64,000 bases of DNA from Haliotis rubra (lineage: Eukaryota): assembly GCF_003918875.1 (NCBI RefSeq), contig NW_025764891.1, positions 2,418,001 through 2,482,000 on the forward strand. The letters are read 5' to 3'. Below are positions 60,101-64,000 of the stretch, in pieces; the first letter of the stretch is position 1; the number at the start of each line of letters is the position of its first letter. Made by a program: the position numbers and the translations under genes. The notes beneath the pieces were generated by a model. It was given only the letters and a program-made list of their open reading frames with translations, had not been told where the DNA came from and did not search any database.

Positions 60101-63100
60101 ATCTGATTTCAAGACTTATAGGAATACACCAGGTATAGTTTCTGAATTTTTCTAGTGTCTACCAGTCATGTTTCACTGACTTTAATGTGATGACAAATCA
60201 TTACACAATATTCAGTGCAATGATCGATTGTTAAAAAATGGGTTTTTGATTGAAGTATTATGGGATGAAATATATTTATTATAAATGTCATTTATTAAAT
60301 CTCCACATACTTACATATACTTGGCAATGAATAGCACTTTGATTTAATGGAAAAGAGTTGCAACTATTCTTGATAATTGATGTGATTGATCAACTGGATC
60401 ACTTATCATGAGTATTTGAACAATTGGAACTTATTTATGTCAGCAATGTTACTTAGCTGTTTTTGTTTTGTTACAGCTGTTCCTGTTTAACTTTTACCCA
60501 TTCTTGAAACGATTCCTTCAGCCGCATCAGAGAGGTAACTGCTTCAGATTGCTTTGACGTTAACTTGAACTTTTTTAGAGAAAAATATTTCATTGCAACA
60601 AAAAAACAATGGTTTTGAACATGTCTACTATGAAATTCTATTAAAAGATGATTTATTAACCTTCTTAAAGTGACTGTTGATGATGAGGTATCACGCTTTA
60701 TCACAGCCTGTGTATTGATATGTTAAGATGCAGGAAGGAACTACATGAGCTTGTCCCTACACCTGGCATATATTTTTAGACATCTGTTGAAACAGATATT
60801 TCAGATAATTTTTGTTTCTTGTTTCAGAGGTTACCAAATTGCTGTTGTATGTTGCACAAGCTAGTCATGAGTTAGTTCCCCCTGATGTGAGTAAACTTTA
60901 GACTTAAGAGTTGTTCCCCCTTGACATGTGTTTATAGACGCAGATGATGTGCTCTCACTCCACTGAGCAATGTTTGTGTGATCGGTTCACTTCATAATGA
61001 CAGACCCGTGAAGATCCGAGTTATAATTTTGTCTTCAGTCACCCATGCTTGTCGTAAGAGGTGACTAACAGGATCAGCTGATCAGGCTCGCTGATTGTGT
61101 TGATACTGTCATCATGTACTATCTGTGTAGATCGATGTTCATGCTGTTGATCACCGGATTGTCTGGTACAGACTCAACTATTTACATTGAGTGAGTGAGT
61201 TCAGTTTTACGCCACAGTCAGCAATATTCTAGCTATATGGTGGCGGTCTGTAAATAATCGAGTCTGGACCAGACAATCCGGTAATCAACAGCATGAGCAT
61301 TGATCTGCGAAACTGGGAACCGATGACATGTGATAACAAAGTCAGCGAGCCTGACCAGCAGATCCCGTTAGTCCCCTCTTACGACAAGCGTGGGTTACTG
61401 AAGATCAATATTCTAACCCGGACCTTCACGGGTCTGACTATTTACAGACCTCTGTCATATAACTGGAATATTGTTAAGAGTGACATTAAACGACAAACAA
61501 ACAAATCATAGTGACAACATATAACGTCACACACTACTTGCAATAACTTAAGTTAAAGGGCAGTGGGGTAGCTCAGTGGTTGTGGCATTACACCAAAGTG
61601 GTTTGATTCCCAACATGGGTACTCTGCTATGATGTTGCTGGAATGTTAGTAAATGCAGCATAAAACCAAAATCACTCACTCAAATGTGCATAAGACTTAA
61701 AGCTGAGTCATACTAAGAGACTAGAAGAACTGTAAAATATGCTCACAAATCGCACTAGTATTCCCCTTTTGCACAGATAATGAGAACAACATCTTGATTG
61801 TAACATATGTTATATTTGGGATTACACTTTCTTAGTAAAGTACAGATTCTAATACTTTTGTTGAGTTGAGTCCCATCCGGGATTTGAACCCACACCCTCA
61901 GTCAGGCACCTAATCGCCAGCACACACAGTCAGCTGCCTAACCCACTCAGCAAGTGCTACTTCCACAAAAGTGGTAGTCTAGATTGTGGACTTTGTGTAC
62001 CCCTCTGATAAGTGTTAATTGGCACGGCTCCCACGGATGAAAGTAATCAACATCTTAATTAAACAATTATAAATTACAGAGAACACAGTGTAGACAAGAT
62101 TAAGTGCAAAACTAAAGATTTTTTAATTAATTTTGATTGATGATGTTTTGGGATATATTTCTTGTATTTCTTTTACCATTTCTCTTTGTTGATGATCTAA
62201 TGTTTCTTGTTCAGGTAATGGAAGAGGTTTTGGTAACGATCTCCAACAACTTCATCACAGAGAGGAACTCAAGGGAGGTAATGGCTGTGGGGTAGGTGTG
62301 ATGGTTTCCACAAAACTAACTCTTTACTAACTCTGTGAAAAGTTTTATAAAACACTCACCCTTTCTTTTCAAGTATATTGGCATATTGACAAAACAAATG
62401 GAAACTGAAAATATGTCTTTTCTTTTTGCACCTATTTCAGCAGTGAATAATTATATATGTTATAGAAATGAGTACACATGTGCCAAGTCTGACATCCCAT
62501 TATCTCAGACTTTACACATGTTGCAAGATAAGCTTTATATAAAAGGTAGATGTGTAAGCTGTGACATATGTCCTGCCTGTGATTTTAATAAAGGTGTTCA
62601 AAGAACCCAGTAAAACTCCTCCAGAGAGTTGGTTGTGAATTTGATTTCAACGCAGTATCTGGTGCATTTAAGAGATTAATGGAAAGTGGGGCGCAGTTAT
62701 TTATCGGAATTTAGCATACAAGTGCAAGATGGACACAAATAATTTGACTTTTGGTGTTTTTGTTGAAAACACTAATATGGAGCTCAGGCTCAAATTGGTT
62801 AATGCACTTGTTCAAAGAGACATTTTCATGAGTCGAAGATTGAATGTTTTGAATTATGTTTATAATGTCCTTTGACTGTGAAGTTTTTATTTGAACGTGT
62901 TGAAAATTGAAAATTGTAGGCATGTACTGTAAAACGAGAAAATTTTGCGAGCAGGATATTTTTCACGAACTTTGGCGCTTTGTCCTGACCTCCGCCAAGA
63001 AAAGTTTTAAGAACAGCAGAAACAGCAACGAATTTTCGTGGTTTTTTAAAACTTTATTCCATATTATACCATAATGTAACATATTTAAAAACAATGCAGC

Positions 63101-64000
63101 ATACTTAAAACATATTGTCTCTAAACACTATCCTTTATTAGAACATTATCAACACTGTCTTCTCAACGATTCACTCAGTCACTTGCCTGCAGACATTTCG
63201 TCAAGGAGCCCGGATGCTCGCAAGCAACGCACAACAGTCTCTTTGTTTTTTTTCACTTGGTCATAGCTGGACACTACTCATCGAGCATGGATCGGCTTTA
63301 TCACACTAATCCTTAAATCAACATGTTTGTCGGTCTTGTCCTTCAAGTTCTTTGTCACGCTGTCAGCGTACCACTGTGTGAACTGAGCTTTCCTGGCTGT
63401 CTTGAACTTGGCATTCACTGACAAGTCCATTGGTTGTAGCTCGCCGGTGCAGCCAGCCGGAACAAACTTGACCAGGAAGTTAGGTTGTTTTAACAAGTTG
63501 AGGAATGACTCGCATCGGTGTGCAGTGAAAACATCAAAGATGACAAGTGATTTCTGGCGTAGTGGCAGTTTGAGTTGTTATTTTTGCGTAGATGGGTGCC
63601 TCTCGTAAACATAACACGTCGCAGAACCGGATGAGGTATCAAGGTCGCAAAATTTTAAAGGCGGGAAAATTTCTCGTTTTACCGTAATTCTTTCAAGGGC
63701 AGGTAATTTCAGATTAACAGTCATTGCTGACAAGGTATGAAGTTCATGTTCATAATGTTCATGTCATATGTTCTTGGTTCAGGGTATGGGTCAGATACAT
63801 GTACTCACATTAATAATGTAATTACCTATGGAAACATTGCCATCTTCTCCAGACTGAATTCCGTGCGAGAGGTGTGTGCGAGGTGTCCACTGGCTATAGG
63901 GGAGGATTTGCTGGGAGACCTCGTTCAGTACAAGTCACACAGAGACAAGAGTAGGTGGCAGACCTGTAGCCCTGAGAGACCTAAACTTTGAATGTTGTAG
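57158..64000 (+). other. SDAD1: Second copy of SDAD1 intron 6 to exon 14 (duplicate of about 48218-54360); probable alternate haplotype or misassembly, possibly a partial tandem duplication
   Basis: Identity resumes at taaaatacatggaatttgtgttg (48218 vs 57158). Exon copies: 58913-58999 (intact), 59225-59330 (+1 nt), ~59612-59685 (acceptor lost, indels), and 60029-60132, 60477-60534, 60828-60886, 62215-62291, 63853-63950 (all intact). Confidence 0.9.
62927..63684 (-). mobile_element. Internally deleted pogo/Tigger-like (DDE_1) transposon
   Basis: TA|CTGTAAAACGAGAAAATTTT ... AAAATTTCTCGTTTTACCG|TA. The minus strand encodes KSLVIFDVFTAHRCESFLNLLKQPNFLVKFVPAGCTGELQPMDLSVNAKFK (DDE_1 D..F..H and QP.D motifs). 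Absent from the other copy at about 54062. Confidence 0.85.

Overview
Eukaryotic, intron-rich, AT-rich animal DNA, most likely a mollusc. The SINE and MITE repertoire suggests a gastropod such as abalone, but that is an inference. Four spliced genes were reconstructed by hand. (1) A NuMA/NUMA1 orthologue on the minus strand (about 26 coding exons, roughly 2,700 aa, 1173/3437-30120). It has an N-terminal CH/Hook-type domain, a Spindly-like motif, a 4.3-kb coiled-coil exon containing 16 x 63-bp repeats, and the C-terminal NuMA/LIN-5/Mud motif. (2) LRRC51 on the plus strand, with a GC-AG intron. (3) ANAPC15 on the minus strand. (4) SDAD1 on the plus strand, head-to-head with ANAPC15 across 273 bp. 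NUMA1(-)/LRRC51(+)/ANAPC15(-) matches the order and orientation of these genes at human 11q13.4, which suggests an ancient microsynteny block. SDAD1 stops after exon 17, and the sequence then jumps back to repeat intron 6 to exon 14 (57158-64000). Indels cluster at that junction, and NuMA has several single frameshifts and one scrambled exon, so haplotype duplication and consensus errors are more likely than biology there. The introns hold two SINE families with a shared 3' tail, many MITEs (TA, TAA, TTAA, 6-bp and 9-bp target-site duplications), and a 3.8-kb CACTG-ended element carrying nested Tc1, L1/Tx1, Crypton-like and Kolobok-like pieces. They also hold a Kolobok-like element with divergent ORF remnants and a copy-specific pogo-like insertion. 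No prokaryotic systems, CRISPR arrays, rRNA or true tRNA genes were seen, and I cannot support a wholly new biological system here.
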